Positions 37,116 to 46,685 of a stretch of 48,782 nt of DNA are shown here, one piece after another. This DNA comes from a virus (Duplodnaviria > Caudoviricetes): positions 1 to 48,782 of the IMG/VR virus record IMGVR_UViG_3300037424_000640; one strand, given 5' to 3'. A program made the position numbers and the translations under genes. The notes below the pieces were generated by a model. It had not been told where the DNA came from and did not search any database. It saw nothing but the letters and a program-made list of their open reading frames with translations. The number at the start of each line of letters is the position of its first letter. Within the stretch, counting starts at the first letter, position 1.

Positions 37116-39053
37116 TTAGACTCCCATACCTTCGGGTGCGGGTTGGTCATTATTCGTAACTGGTTGCCCAGTTGCTTGCCGTCTGTTAGCACCAGCTTCC
37201 GCTTTTTCGGTGCCGGTTTTACCTTGCTGTTTTTGATTACCCGGCCCAAGTTGCGGTGGGCCTTGCTGTGCCATTTGTTGTTGCATCATCTGTTGCTGAA
37301 TACTAACCGTGCAAAAATCAATATAATTGTCAATGTTATTTTGTATTGCAACATCCTGATAACGCCATTCTGGTTTCTTGGTATAATCGGTAAATATTTT
37401 GATGTGGATGGGCCAGTTAGCATATTTGCTAACCGGTGCCCGTTCACCAGCAAGTACCAAGTCAAGATTCAGTCTGGCCTGTAACTCATCCCGAAACGTG
37501 CTTTCCTTTATTTTATTTAGTCCAGCATATCTCATAATTTCTTCGCCAATCATACGCCAGTCAATTCCCGGTATTTTGTCAAATATTCCGGTTTGTGCGA
37601 ACTGTATAACCTGATCCATTTTGGCTTCTTGACTTTGTGAAAACCCACTACCAATGTCAATTTCCGTATCGAAATCTCTCGGAACTTTCTGGGCATTAAA
37701 TTTCTTGACTTCCGGTTGCCGATTTTCTCCAACAATATTTACCTGACGTTCTTCGGGATAATATTTACGTGTAAGATAGAAATATCTGCGTACAACTTTT
37801 TCAATATAGTCGCCCTCGGATGCCACTTCGGGAGCGAAAATTACATCTTCGCTTGATTTAAGTTCCTTGATGACACCCGGACTTGTTTGACTACCACGAT
37901 AGGGAATCGTACCGTTGTCCTGTAATCCTGTAACGACCTGCATTTTGCGGTGCAAATCCCACCAACGGTTTGCGATTGTGGCGGGAACACCCTCTGCCTG
38001 ATCTCGCTTTGGCGGTTCCCCATCATGTTCAACAACCTCATATTCTTCGTTGTTTAGTGCCGCTTGAAGAATATTGGAATTGCGATTAACCAACCATTTT
38101 CCATTACCCATAAATGAAGCATTGCCCTGAACAATACTTTCAATGCGGTTCATGTCCCGTTGCATGATGAGGATATTTTTCAATATTCCCTGACCATAAA
38201 GTTCATCCGGCAATCCCTTGACGGCAAATGTAAAAAACGGAAGCATATCGGGTTCGGAATTGTCATCATCAACCGGAACCTTGCCGCCAGTTACAATAAC
38301 GTGCTTACCGTTAGGGTAATCCTTACAAGCCTTAATCCAAATATCATAAACAAATACGGTGCTTTCATCTTCGCCGGAAACATAATTGTCAACCGACTTG
38401 GCAAGTTGCACCCGTTCCATTTCAATTTCTTGCTTGACATCGGCTTGTAATTCCTCACGTTTATAATCGAACCTATCTTCAATAACGCTTTTCTCTGCCG
38501 GGAAACGGTGAATAACCCAACGCATATCATCATCACAACGGGCATCCGGATTGCAAAAGAAGTGAAACGGATTTACGGTTTCGAGTGCAATATCCCCCTT
38601 GTAAATACCACTCCACATATTTTTATCATAGAATATTTTTCCAATACCGATACCGGTAATGCCACCCCATTGAGTTGCGTGGCGCAAATGCGCAGAACCA
38701 AACGCAACTGACCTCCACCAATATTCAACCATACCATTACCGATTGTGGCAATGTCCTCATCATTACGTTCAGTATTATCGGGGTACGGTTTGAATCTCG
38801 GAACCGGGTCTCCCTTCAACATTTTGGCAGTATATAAATCGACGAATGATCGGCAGACATTATACATTGACCGGCATTCGCGTGGGATATTTACTTCACG
38901 AATTACGCCAAGTTTTTCATCCCATATCATATACTGGTCGCCACGGTAAAAGGCATAAGCCCAAGCCATCATGCCAAACTTGTTATTTTTGGTTGGGTGA
39001 TCGCCAAGTTTTTCAGCAACCCACTTAATCCAATCGGTTTTTTCTTTAGCCAT
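37116..39053 (-). CDS. Portal protein (P22/podovirus-like)
   Basis: FYRGDQY, GIGIGKI and VNPFHFFCNP motifs; Gln-rich C-terminal tail. Confidence 0.85.
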   Translation of the reverse strand: MAKEKTDWIKWVAEKLGDHPTKNNKFGMMAWAYAFYRGDQYMIWDEKLGVIREVNIPRECRSMYNVCRSFVDLYTAKMLKGDPVPRFKPYPDNTERNDEDIATIGNGMVEYWWRSVAFGSAHLRHATQWGGITGIGIGKIFYDKNMWSGIYKGDIALETVNPFHFFCNPDARCDDDMRWVIHRFPAEKSVIEDRFDYKREELQADVKQEIEMERVQLAKSVDNYVSGEDESTVFVYDIWIKACKDYPNGKHVIVTGGKVPVDDDNSEPDMLPFFTFAVKGLPDELYGQGILKNILIMQRDMNRIESIVQGNASFMGNGKWLVNRNSNILQAALNNEEYEVVEHDGEPPKRDQAEGVPATIANRWWDLHRKMQVVTGLQDNGTIPYRGSQTSPGVIKELKSSEDVIFAPEVASEGDYIEKVVRRYFYLTRKYYPEERQVNIVGENRQPEVKKFNAQKVPRDFDTEIDIGSGFSQSQEAKMDQVIQFAQTGIFDKIPGIDWRMIGEEIMRYAGLNKIKESTFRDELQARLNLDLVLAGERAPVSKYANWPIHIKIFTDYTKKPEWRYQDVAIQNNIDNYIDFCTVSIQQQMMQQQMAQQGPPQLGPGNQKQQGKTGTEKAEAGANRRQATGQPVTNNDQPAPEGMGV

Positions 39054-39056
39054 TTA

Positions 39057-39389
39057 TTACCATCCGTGGTCTATCGTTACGGTATGTTCCTCGCCATCCA
39101 TACATTTTACTTTCATGGTATCTTTGGGTGGCATTCCAAGTCCGACAATTTCCTCTACTCTTTTTGCAAATTTATCATCAAATGTAAGTTTGAAATCCTT
39201 ACGGTATTGGTCAATGCTTTCGGTCATTTGTTCAAGGGCGCTGGTAACATTCGCGGAAGTAACCCAAAAATTTTCGAGTTCCTTTTTTAAATTCAACACC
39301 CCACCATTAATTGCATAAAGTATTTTCCGTAGAAATAAAACAATCACAACAAGCAAAACACTAATAATACACATCCCTATTGCTATCAT
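39057..39389 (-). CDS. Membrane-anchored hypothetical protein
   Basis: N-terminal TM. Confidence 0.5.
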   Translation of the reverse strand: MIAIGMCIISVLLVVIVLFLRKILYAINGGVLNLKKELENFWVTSANVTSALEQMTESIDQYRKDFKLTFDDKFAKRVEEIVGLGMPPKDTMKVKCMDGEEHTVTIDHGW

Positions 39390-40929
39390 GCACCCTCCTT
39401 AAATTATCGGGTTGGTTTTTGTATTCGGCAAATCGGTTTAATTCATATTGCCACAACCGATGGTTTTCTTCTGTATCTTTTTCTTCCCTTGTTTTCATGG
39501 TTATTGGTTTATATGCAACGTCCTTAATGTAAGCCAGGGCATCCATCAAATCGTCACCATGCGCCATTTTCTCACCACGAAACCGCATCATCTCACCTTC
39601 TAACAAACGCAATCCGCGCAGCATATGAAATCGGCCATCTTCCAATAGCGGTATGAGCCATTTTATTCTTTCTGGTTTTGGTCTGTTTTCGGTTTTTAGT
39701 TCTGTCAATCCAAAATTCAAGTCTGTTTCACGTTTAGCCAACAACATACGTTCTTGTACGAATTTAAAACTGTGGGATTCCACACCCACACACCGAAGGT
39801 TTTCTTTAAATCTGGTTGCAACTTCGATGAGTTTTTTGGTGGTATTTACATCCCCCCATTTTCCCTTGTCGGCATATAGAACATAATAATTATTTGAATC
39901 GTCAATACCAACAACCACTATGGCCGAATCATCGGCCCACGGCCTTATTGAATAAGCAAAATCACTCAATATAAATATGTTCATTTTGATGTCCCGAATA
40001 TCATCGGGTGTAACATATTTTATTTTGTTCATATCGAAACCGATTGTTCCGGGGGGTTTGGGGTCAAGCATAAACTGACGCATGAACACATCACCCTCAC
40101 GGTTCTCAATCATGTCGTCCCGTTTCTTCCAAATTTTCTCATCGGTAAATCTTGGGTCTTCCGGCCAAATAGAATGACCTTCCGCTATGCCAAGTTTATT
40201 TGCCATTTCTGGAGTGTTTACCAGTATGGGATATTTGATTGTCCTTACGCCACGTTCTTTTCTTGAAAATCTTTCCGTTGTGCAATCAAATGCAAATGGG
40301 GTTCCGATCAAAATAATTTTACCGTTGTTGGCTAATGCCGGAGAAACAACTTCAATTATATGGTTTTCGTTTTTATCAACAACGTCCTGATTATAGACCG
40401 ATTCCGGGTCCTCAAGGTCGTCACCAACATAACGTTCAATGCGCCGTTCCTCGAATCGTAATCCCGTTACCTGCGATCCACGGCCACGGGACATGATTTG
40501 AAAGTGAAACCCACCACCATCATCGTCCCGATTGTCAACCTCAAGTAGATATACCGAATCCTTGATTATTCTGGCTTGTGGGAATAACTTTTTAAACCTA
40601 TCCGACTTGACCATGTTCTTGCAATCACCGACAATCCTACCGGCCATAATATCCGAATATGAACCGATAACAATGTACTTCAAACCATTGTAAACACAAT
40701 CGTGTATTGACAATAACGATGAAACTATCAGGGTTTTGGCCGTACCCCTGGGGCATTCAATAACTATTTTCTCAATGTCTTTGGGGCAATCCCTAATTTC
40801 CCGTATCATATGGCGGTGAAACGAAGCGAATTTACTTGGGAAATAGTGCGGGGTAATCCATTTTCCGAAGAACAGTGGGTCGGCAGCACATTTCAGAGTA
40901 AAGTTATGAATCTGTTCGGCTTCACTCAT
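39361..40929 (-). CDS. terL: Terminase large subunit
   Basis: PRGTAKT (Walker A), VGDDLE (Walker B), IGTP, SDFAYS and HGDDLMDAL nuclease motifs. Confidence 0.92.
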   Translation of the reverse strand: MSEAEQIHNFTLKCAADPLFFGKWITPHYFPSKFASFHRHMIREIRDCPKDIEKIVIECPRGTAKTLIVSSLLSIHDCVYNGLKYIVIGSYSDIMAGRIVGDCKNMVKSDRFKKLFPQARIIKDSVYLLEVDNRDDDGGGFHFQIMSRGRGSQVTGLRFEERRIERYVGDDLEDPESVYNQDVVDKNENHIIEVVSPALANNGKIILIGTPFAFDCTTERFSRKERGVRTIKYPILVNTPEMANKLGIAEGHSIWPEDPRFTDEKIWKKRDDMIENREGDVFMRQFMLDPKPPGTIGFDMNKIKYVTPDDIRDIKMNIFILSDFAYSIRPWADDSAIVVVGIDDSNNYYVLYADKGKWGDVNTTKKLIEVATRFKENLRCVGVESHSFKFVQERMLLAKRETDLNFGLTELKTENRPKPERIKWLIPLLEDGRFHMLRGLRLLEGEMMRFRGEKMAHGDDLMDALAYIKDVAYKPITMKTREEKDTEENHRLWQYELNRFAEYKNQPDNLRRVHDSNRDVYY

Positions 40930-41777
40930 TGTTCGGTTTCCGTTTTGGGTGTCAATGTGGTATTGAAATAACCGTTATTCAGTAACATCTTTTCGGTTTT
41001 TAGAGCCGCACCGCGATTTTCCTTATTTATGGTTTCACCAAACTCATCTGCTTCTTTTTGCATTTCGGCTGGTATATCCAATTCTTTATGCCCACTCTTT
41101 TTAGAGTCCTTTCTTTCCTTGAAATGCTTGGCAAATAATTCCATACATCCCTTATCCCCACGCTGAATACCCTCGCCAAGTTTGTAAATAAACATCTTGT
41201 ATAAACCGCTACTACGTGATTCAATATCATCATTTATGAAATTGATTATTTCTGGACTGGATTTCCATAACATCAGTGCTTTTATTGATACACCAAGAAT
41301 ATCGGCGGCTTCCTCCATTGTCGGTGGGACGCGCAAATGCGCTGGGGTTTCCAACCATTTGGCAAATGCCATTTTCTCATTCCAATACTTCACTCCAGGT
41401 TTGGCATTTGTGGCTACAAATACACCGAGTTCATATCTAATATCGCATTGGGAAGTCAACCCCATTGCCTCAAGCACTTCGTGGTTTATTTTTAACTTGC
41501 CGCCATGTTCGGTTTTACACCCTTCGATAATATCTTTGGTAAGTTCTTTTTTTTTATCGCCATTTTTAGTTCTTATGTCGTTCCACGTTTCTTTGTGTTT
41601 GCGATTGGTGGCCTCAACTTTTTCTTGCGGCATAGCGCCAACTCTCCGGGCGTGACCCGGACAATAGCCGCCATTTTCTTCGGTGGCACTACGAGCCATA
41701 CAGCCGTCACCAATATTTTTCTTACCGGAAATAACGAGTTTATCCCCGGCCTGGTACCGATATTTACATTGCATCAT
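40926..41777 (-). CDS. Putative terminase small subunit with N-terminal CCCH knuckle and HTH
   Basis: Immediately upstream of terL; TMEEAADILGVSIKALMLWKSSP HTH; C...C...CPGH. Confidence 0.65.
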   Translation of the reverse strand: MMQCKYRYQAGDKLVISGKKNIGDGCMARSATEENGGYCPGHARRVGAMPQEKVEATNRKHKETWNDIRTKNGDKKKELTKDIIEGCKTEHGGKLKINHEVLEAMGLTSQCDIRYELGVFVATNAKPGVKYWNEKMAFAKWLETPAHLRVPPTMEEAADILGVSIKALMLWKSSPEIINFINDDIESRSSGLYKMFIYKLGEGIQRGDKGCMELFAKHFKERKDSKKSGHKELDIPAEMQKEADEFGETINKENRGAALKTEKMLLNNGYFNTTLTPKTETEQ

Positions 41778-41803
41778 GTATATATATTACCCATCGTACT
41801 ACA

Positions 41804-41832
41804 ATTATAATATATGTGTATTATTCTGTCAA
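41804..41832 (-). promoter_or_regulatory. Consensus sigma70 promoter for the packaging/virion operon
   Basis: Minus strand TTGACA-17 nt-TATAAT. Confidence 0.85.
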
Positions 41833-41915
41833 CCGTATCACGTATCATTTTTACACATATTGCCGATAATTCCACAAAACAATTTTTATTTTTTTGAAAA
41901 TTAAAAAAAATTATA

Positions 41916-41946
41916 TTGACAAAACGTGATTTTTATAACATATATG
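41916..41946 (+). promoter_or_regulatory. Divergent sigma70-type promoter
   Basis: TTGACA with an upstream A/T tract and a weak -10. Confidence 0.5.
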
Positions 41947-41950
41947 AGGT

Positions 41951-42397
41951 ATGCGTCATTGGTACGATTGGTTTAATGATCCCGAAACATTGAGGAAAAT
42001 ACATAAAATAAATTATGAAGCAGGGAGAAATAACGTGAACGCAAAAACGTACTGCCCGTTGGGGAAGATTAATTGTGGGAGATTTAGAAATTACCAAGAT
42101 GGTCGGGGAATACGGTGTGAAATAGACAATGGTAATGAATCAACGTCGTGGTTTATATCTGATTTTGATACTTGTCCATTTACTAAACGCCAGCAAAAGA
42201 TCGAGCGATACGATATGTGCGAAGATCAACCGGCGCAGATACAGTGCTATAATCATTATTGCATTTACCATACACCAGATAAGTATGGTGAATGCACAAA
42301 CCAATCTCCGGCAATATGGTTGGGCGGTGTGTCAAGAAGTTGGGATAAATTTCGTGATGGTAGTTGGAATTGTTTTTCATTCAAAGAACAACCATGA
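41951..42397 (+). CDS. Cys-rich hypothetical protein
   Basis: Nine Cys; GAGG RBS. Confidence 0.6.
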   Translation: MRHWYDWFNDPETLRKIHKINYEAGRNNVNAKTYCPLGKINCGRFRNYQDGRGIRCEIDNGNESTSWFISDFDTCPFTKRQQKIERYDMCEDQPAQIQCYNHYCIYHTPDKYGECTNQSPAIWLGGVSRSWDKFRDGSWNCFSFKEQP

Positions 42398-42597
42398 ACC
42401 CGACAATAGTAATCAGCAAGCACGACGGGCATTATCTGATAACTTGCGATCCCTATGTACGGATATTTGACAAGTACGAGGATGCGGCAAAATTTATAGA
42501 AGAAACGCTGAATAAGCCGGAAATGGCACCGGCATCACAAGCGCCCAAATGGGTTGAAAAATTACTTTGGGGTTCCGACGAAATCAAGGAGGGGTGA
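42394..42597 (+). CDS. Hypothetical protein
   Basis: ATGA overlap. Confidence 0.55.
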   Translation: MNPTIVISKHDGHYLITCDPYVRIFDKYEDAAKFIEETLNKPEMAPASQAPKWVEKLLWGSDEIKEG

Positions 42598-42798
42598 TTG
42601 CCATTTTATGATCTTGCTTGCCCGAACTGCGGTGCCGAATACGTCAACGTAAAGCACACGATTGCCGAAATATCCAATGGCGTTGAATGTGAAAGTTGCA
42701 AGTTAAAGTTAAACTTGCAAGTAAAACTGGAAGTGATACACCACAGCCCCATTTTTTTCCAATTGAAGGGGGAGTGGCCGGGGAAGGTGGGAAAATGA
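42598..42798 (+). CDS. FmdB-family zinc-ribbon protein
   Basis: MPFYDLACPNCG...CESC...FQLKGEW. Confidence 0.75.
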   Translation: MPFYDLACPNCGAEYVNVKHTIAEISNGVECESCKLKLNLQVKLEVIHHSPIFFQLKGEWPGKVGK

Positions 42799-42932
42799 TT
42801 AAAGAATACCTTAAAGAAAAACTTGACTGGATTTTGTTTGTGTTGGATATGATGGTTTATTTAATAATTGCGGTTGGTGTGTTTGCCGCTATTATTTTTA
42901 TTATTTATTTGTTTTATTTGGTATTTAAATGA
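42795..42932 (+). CDS. Small membrane protein
   Basis: Long hydrophobic stretch; ATGA overlaps. Confidence 0.5.
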   Translation: MIKEYLKEKLDWILFVLDMMVYLIIAVGVFAAIIFIIYLFYLVFK

Positions 42933-43126
42933 ATTGGGTAAGCGTGAAAGAGAGATTGCCGGAATGGGGCGTGATTGTTATTGGATATGATGCACTTGGT
43001 GGGCATATTTGTTCTGCCGAATTACCATCGCCATATTCCAAGCATATGTGTTTTGATGATTGCATTGGCCGAGAAGTTACACATTGGACACCATTGGTTA
43101 TACCGGAGTTGCCGAATGAAAAATAA
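42929..43126 (+). CDS. DUF551-like protein
   Basis: WVSVKERLPE...VTHWTPL. Confidence 0.8.
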   Translation: MNWVSVKERLPEWGVIVIGYDALGGHICSAELPSPYSKHMCFDDCIGREVTHWTPLVIPELPNEK

Positions 43127-43283
43127 GGTTTATTGCGAGGATTGCATTCACAGAACAAATATTGTTACTTGTGCAGAAATTGTTTACAACGATATTTTGG
43201 GAAAACATTACATAAAGATTGACACAAGACTAAAGAACAAAAACAACGACTGCAAAGACTTCGAGAAGAAGGAGAAAAAATGA
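43116..43283 (+). CDS. Small Cys-containing protein
   Basis: VYCEDC...NKNNDCKDF. Confidence 0.6.
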   Translation: MKNKVYCEDCIHRTNIVTCAEIVYNDILGKHYIKIDTRLKNKNNDCKDFEKKEKK

Positions 43284-43514
43284 GTTGGGAATTTGATGCG
43301 ATTGATAAGGACACCAGTACAGAAGATGCAATACTGCAAGTTTTAATAGACATACGGGATGTTTTGGCAGATATTTCTTGTTCTATTGGTGGAATTTACG
43401 ATGAAGAATTTGAAAAAAACCATACAATACGTGAATGACAAATGATTAAACTACTTGTACTCATCATTATTTTCGCCACCGGGTTTATGGTTGGGTGGAT
43501 AGGGAGAGAAAAAT

Positions 43515-43736
43515 ATGGAACAAGATGAAATTTATGGCATAATCCAGGCCATGCGCGAAGCGAAACAGAAGTATTGCGAAGATAACGGCATTGGGGGTTC
43601 GCAATTCTGCGCCGACATAACCATATACGAAACCGATTACAATTTCACCGAAGCCCTGCGCCGAGTTGACGACTACGAACAGGGATTTGCGAGATGGTGG
43701 GTGATTAACGACAATGACAAAACAAAGAAGCACTAA
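43515..43736 (+). CDS. Hypothetical protein
   Basis: GGAG RBS. Confidence 0.55.
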   Translation: MEQDEIYGIIQAMREAKQKYCEDNGIGGSQFCADITIYETDYNFTEALRRVDDYEQGFARWWVINDNDKTKKH

Positions 43737-43977
43737 AAACGCAGAGTATTGCCACCGCCAAGGCACGATCTGCCCACTGTCCGTACCAAACCCTTCAAAA
43801 CGGACAAAGCGCCCCACAAGCGATTTAAATGACATTTCCCTTGAAACTATTGAAAAAATAGATATTGCAAGATTAAAAAGGTTCATTTGCGAAAATTGCT
43901 GCCTAACTGAAGAAACACAATACAAAATCATGCTCTCCGAAGCAACCCAAAGATTGAGAGATGGAAAAGAAGCATGA
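43714..43977 (+). CDS. Hypothetical protein
   Basis: Overlap packing. Confidence 0.45.
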   Translation: MTKQRSTKNAEYCHRQGTICPLSVPNPSKRTKRPTSDLNDISLETIEKIDIARLKRFICENCCLTEETQYKIMLSEATQRLRDGKEA

Positions 43978-44198
43978 CAAATAAAAAACGGGTCGGTAGT
44001 TCAAATGGCAGAACGGCTGACTGTGGATCAGCGAAATGTGGGTTCAAATCCCGCCCTTCCCTTAAACGTAAAAAAATATCCTGGGACAAATATTATGACC
44101 ACATGAACGAACTCTGCCATAAATACGATAACCCTGCCGATGCCCTGATCGAAATGCTGCAATACAGTTCCAGTGTTGAATTGGAGAAAAATAAATGA
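43974..44198 (+). CDS. Hypothetical protein containing a tRNA-like segment
   Basis: ATGA overlaps at both ends; protein-like C-terminal half. Confidence 0.5.
   Translation: MTNKKRVGSSNGRTADCGSAKCGFKSRPSLKRKKISWDKYYDHMNELCHKYDNPADALIEMLQYSSSVELEKNK
43990..44062 (+). tRNA. tRNA-His(GTG)-like element, degenerate
   Basis: D stem GTTC/GAAC, anticodon stem GCTGA/TCAGC with loop CTGTGGA, T arm GTGGG-TTCAAAT-CCCGC. The acceptor stem has 2 mismatches and there is no CCA. Confidence 0.7.
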
Positions 44199-44260
44199 AG
44201 GTTCTAATTGCCTGCGAGTTTTCCGGCATCGTCCGGCATCTGCCAATTATTTATGACTGA
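44195..44260 (+). pseudogene. Truncated DNA cytosine methyltransferase-like N-terminus
   Basis: MKVLIACEFSGIVR followed by a stop after 21 aa. Confidence 0.65.
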
Positions 44261-45337
44261 AAATAAAACATTTTACGAAAATTCAGATGAGTGGCCACTA
44301 TTTTTTATAGACTTAAAAATAACCCCTTAACACTTCAAATTTTGTTGGACTTCGGATTATATAAAACAAAATCAAACCGCTATTTGTGGAAAGGCATATT
44401 CGTATCCACAACGAACAACTAACCACGACGGGGGGGGGCAGTGTCGGATAAGATTGGATATGTAAACCAAGTATAATTTCCCCAACCATTGTCGGTACTG
44501 CGTTCCCAGACCATCGCCGGCGATGAAATTATTATTTGCCATTATGTTACTACAACCGTACTACATAATCAGTACTAATGTGCGGGGGATAAATAATCTT
44601 TGGGGGTCAATACTGTACTGTAATAGTCTAAAGGGTTCTTTGCTATTACTCAATTTATGTTTCTCGCCCTGCTGCTGCTGCGGGATGCAATATTTGAAAT
44701 ATAAATATTGTAATTTTGGCAACCGCTTAGTAATTATGTTTAATAGAGTAATTTATATTTTTATGTTTATAATCTTATCTTAAAGAGTTTTTAAGAAGTA
44801 ATAAAATCTTTTCTTAACTGGTCCGGATAATATTTTTTTAATTATAAGATTCTTTATAGAATAATAGAATGAACATGAAATTAAAGTATATTAAAAAAGT
44901 ATATTAAAAACAAGAGAAGAGAAGAGTTTTAAGATTCTTTAAGATTCGGTTTTTCTGTTTTAGCTTTAAAATTGCTTTCCAGATTGCCCATGGTTGCATT
45001 ATCTCGACGGCCCGCGTGTCATTGCATGGCAGCAATTTACCATTATTGGATAGTTGCCGCAATAAATCTTTTTTTTTCTTTTGCTGCTTATTTTGGCGAC
45101 AATTCAGCATAGACGGAAAAACTAACATTTATTGTCATTTCTATTGACATTTTTTTGCATATCAAGAATATGGCTATGACAGCGTTTCGGGGTTTTGCTT
45201 ATTTTGTGATGCAATTTATTGTCAATGCCGATTTTGCCATATCCATATTTAGTGTCTGGACCTGATGACACCCCCTATATTTTGTGCATGATATGCTTAA
45301 AAATTGGCATGAACTTGGCATGACTATTGCTTATAGT
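44261..45337. other. ~1.1-kb non-coding control region (candidate genome end / pac site / enhancer region)
   Basis: No credible CDS; G run near 44430, very AT-rich core, many short direct and inverted repeats. Confidence 0.6.
45316..45331 (+). promoter_or_regulatory. sigma54 (-24/-12) promoter
   Basis: TGGCAT-GACTA-TTGCT fits TGGCAC-N5-TTGCW with exact GG-N10-GC spacing, 39 nt before the first early ATG. Confidence 0.75.
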
Positions 45338-45369
45338 ATTGTGTCGCTATATGCGGCGGAGGTTTTAAA

Positions 45370-45531
45370 ATGACTATCTATCAAGAATGCGATGGTAATT
45401 TGCTCAATGTTTTTCGGGGTGATGAGGGATGCGCGGATTTCCCCGCAATGGAAATCGGGGATATTATTGACTATCCTGACGAGCATCACTGCGAGGGAGA
45501 GCCGCATACAACCCTTCGGAGAGTAGAGTAA
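45370..45531 (+). CDS. Small acidic early protein (copy 1)
   Basis: GGAGG RBS; MTIYQECDG...LRRVE. Confidence 0.6.
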   Translation: MTIYQECDGNLLNVFRGDEGCADFPAMEIGDIIDYPDEHHCEGEPHTTLRRVE

Positions 45532-45590
45532 ATGCCTTGTCATGGTTTGCCCTGGAAGAAGTTGCGCGATTTGTTAGCGAGAAGTAAATA

Positions 45591-45640
45591 GCTTTTTAAC
45601 TTGCGCTGGCTGTAGCAGCGGCCAGCATTGGTTAAAATGC
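45591..45640 (+). promoter_or_regulatory. Early-region conserved hairpin, copy A1 (A2 at 46249-46298)
   Basis: GCTTTTTAAC...GCTGGCTG/CGGCCAGC...GTTAAAATGC. Confidence 0.65.
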
Positions 45641-45744
45641 TTGCCAGATTGACCTGTGCGGCATTATCTTTACTGGCCGCGTATGTTATGACGGCGGGTT
45701 TATCATAAGTCCCTAGCGAAAGCAAGGCAGATAAAAAGGAAAAC

Positions 45745-45915
45745 ATGAAAAAGCTATTAATGTTTTTAAAAGGAAAGTATCAGGCTTGGCGGTATTATCG
45801 GGAATGCGAAAGCAATGGCGGCGATTGTTTTTTTTGCAAATGGCAAAATAAATGTTTGCTATCTGATTTTGGGGATGATGCTTCATTTTTAGAAAATGGG
45901 AATATTGGAGAATAA
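45745..45915 (+). CDS. Small Cys-containing early protein (copy 1; copy 2 at 46403-46573)
   Basis: AAGGA RBS; MKKLLMFLKGKYQAWRYYRECESNGGDCFFCKWQNKC... Confidence 0.55.
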   Translation: MKKLLMFLKGKYQAWRYYRECESNGGDCFFCKWQNKCLLSDFGDDASFLENGNIGE

Positions 45916-46027
45916 AAACATGGACAAAAAGGAAAAGAAGGTTTTAACAAAGCTTTTTGCGGATGAGGATCTTGATTTTTGCCCTGGCCGTTGTGATTGT
46001 GTCGCTATATGCGGCGGAGGTTTTAAA

Positions 46028-46189
46028 ATGACTATCTATCAAGAATGCGATGGTAATTTGCTCAATGTTTTTCGGGGTGATGAGGGATGCGCGGATTTCC
46101 CCGCAATGGAAATCGGGGATATTATTGACTATCCTGACGAGCATCACTGCGAGGGAGAGCCGCATACAACCCTTCGGAGAGTAGAGTAA
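46028..46189 (+). CDS. Small acidic early protein (copy 2)
   Basis: Identical to 45370-45531. Confidence 0.55.
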   Translation: MTIYQECDGNLLNVFRGDEGCADFPAMEIGDIIDYPDEHHCEGEPHTTLRRVE

Positions 46190-46685
46190 ATGCCTTGTCA
46201 TGGTTTGCCCTGGAAGAAGTTGCGCGATTTGTTAGCGAGAAGTAAATAGCTTTTTAACTTGCGCTGGCTGTAGCAGCGGCCAGCATTGGTTAAAATGCTT
46301 GCCAGATTGACCTGTGCGGCATTATCTTTACTGGCCGCGTATGTTATGACGGCGGGTTTATCATAAGTCCCTAGCGAAAGCAAGGCAGATAAAAAGGAAA
46401 ACATGAAAAAGCTATTAATGTTTTTAAAAGGAAAGTATCAGGCTTGGCGGTATTATCGGGAATGCGAAAGCAATGGCGGCGATTGTTTTTTTTGCAAATG
46501 GCAAAATAAATGTTTGCTATCTGATTTTGGGGATGATGCTTCATTTTTAGAAAATGGGAATATTGGAGAATAAAAACATGGACAAAAAGGAAAAGAAGGT
46601 TTTAACAAAGCTTTTTGCGGATGAGGATCTTGATTTTTGCCCTGGCCGTTGTGATTGTGTCGCTATATGCGGCGGAGGTTTTAAA

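Noticed and set aside
14894-41810. Numerous plus-strand ORFs opposite the virion genes
   Set aside because: They are antisense shadows of long, well-supported minus-strand genes.
44523-45128. ORFs 44523-44783 and 44904-45128
   Set aside because: No RBS, low-complexity AT-rich sequence and non-protein-like composition.
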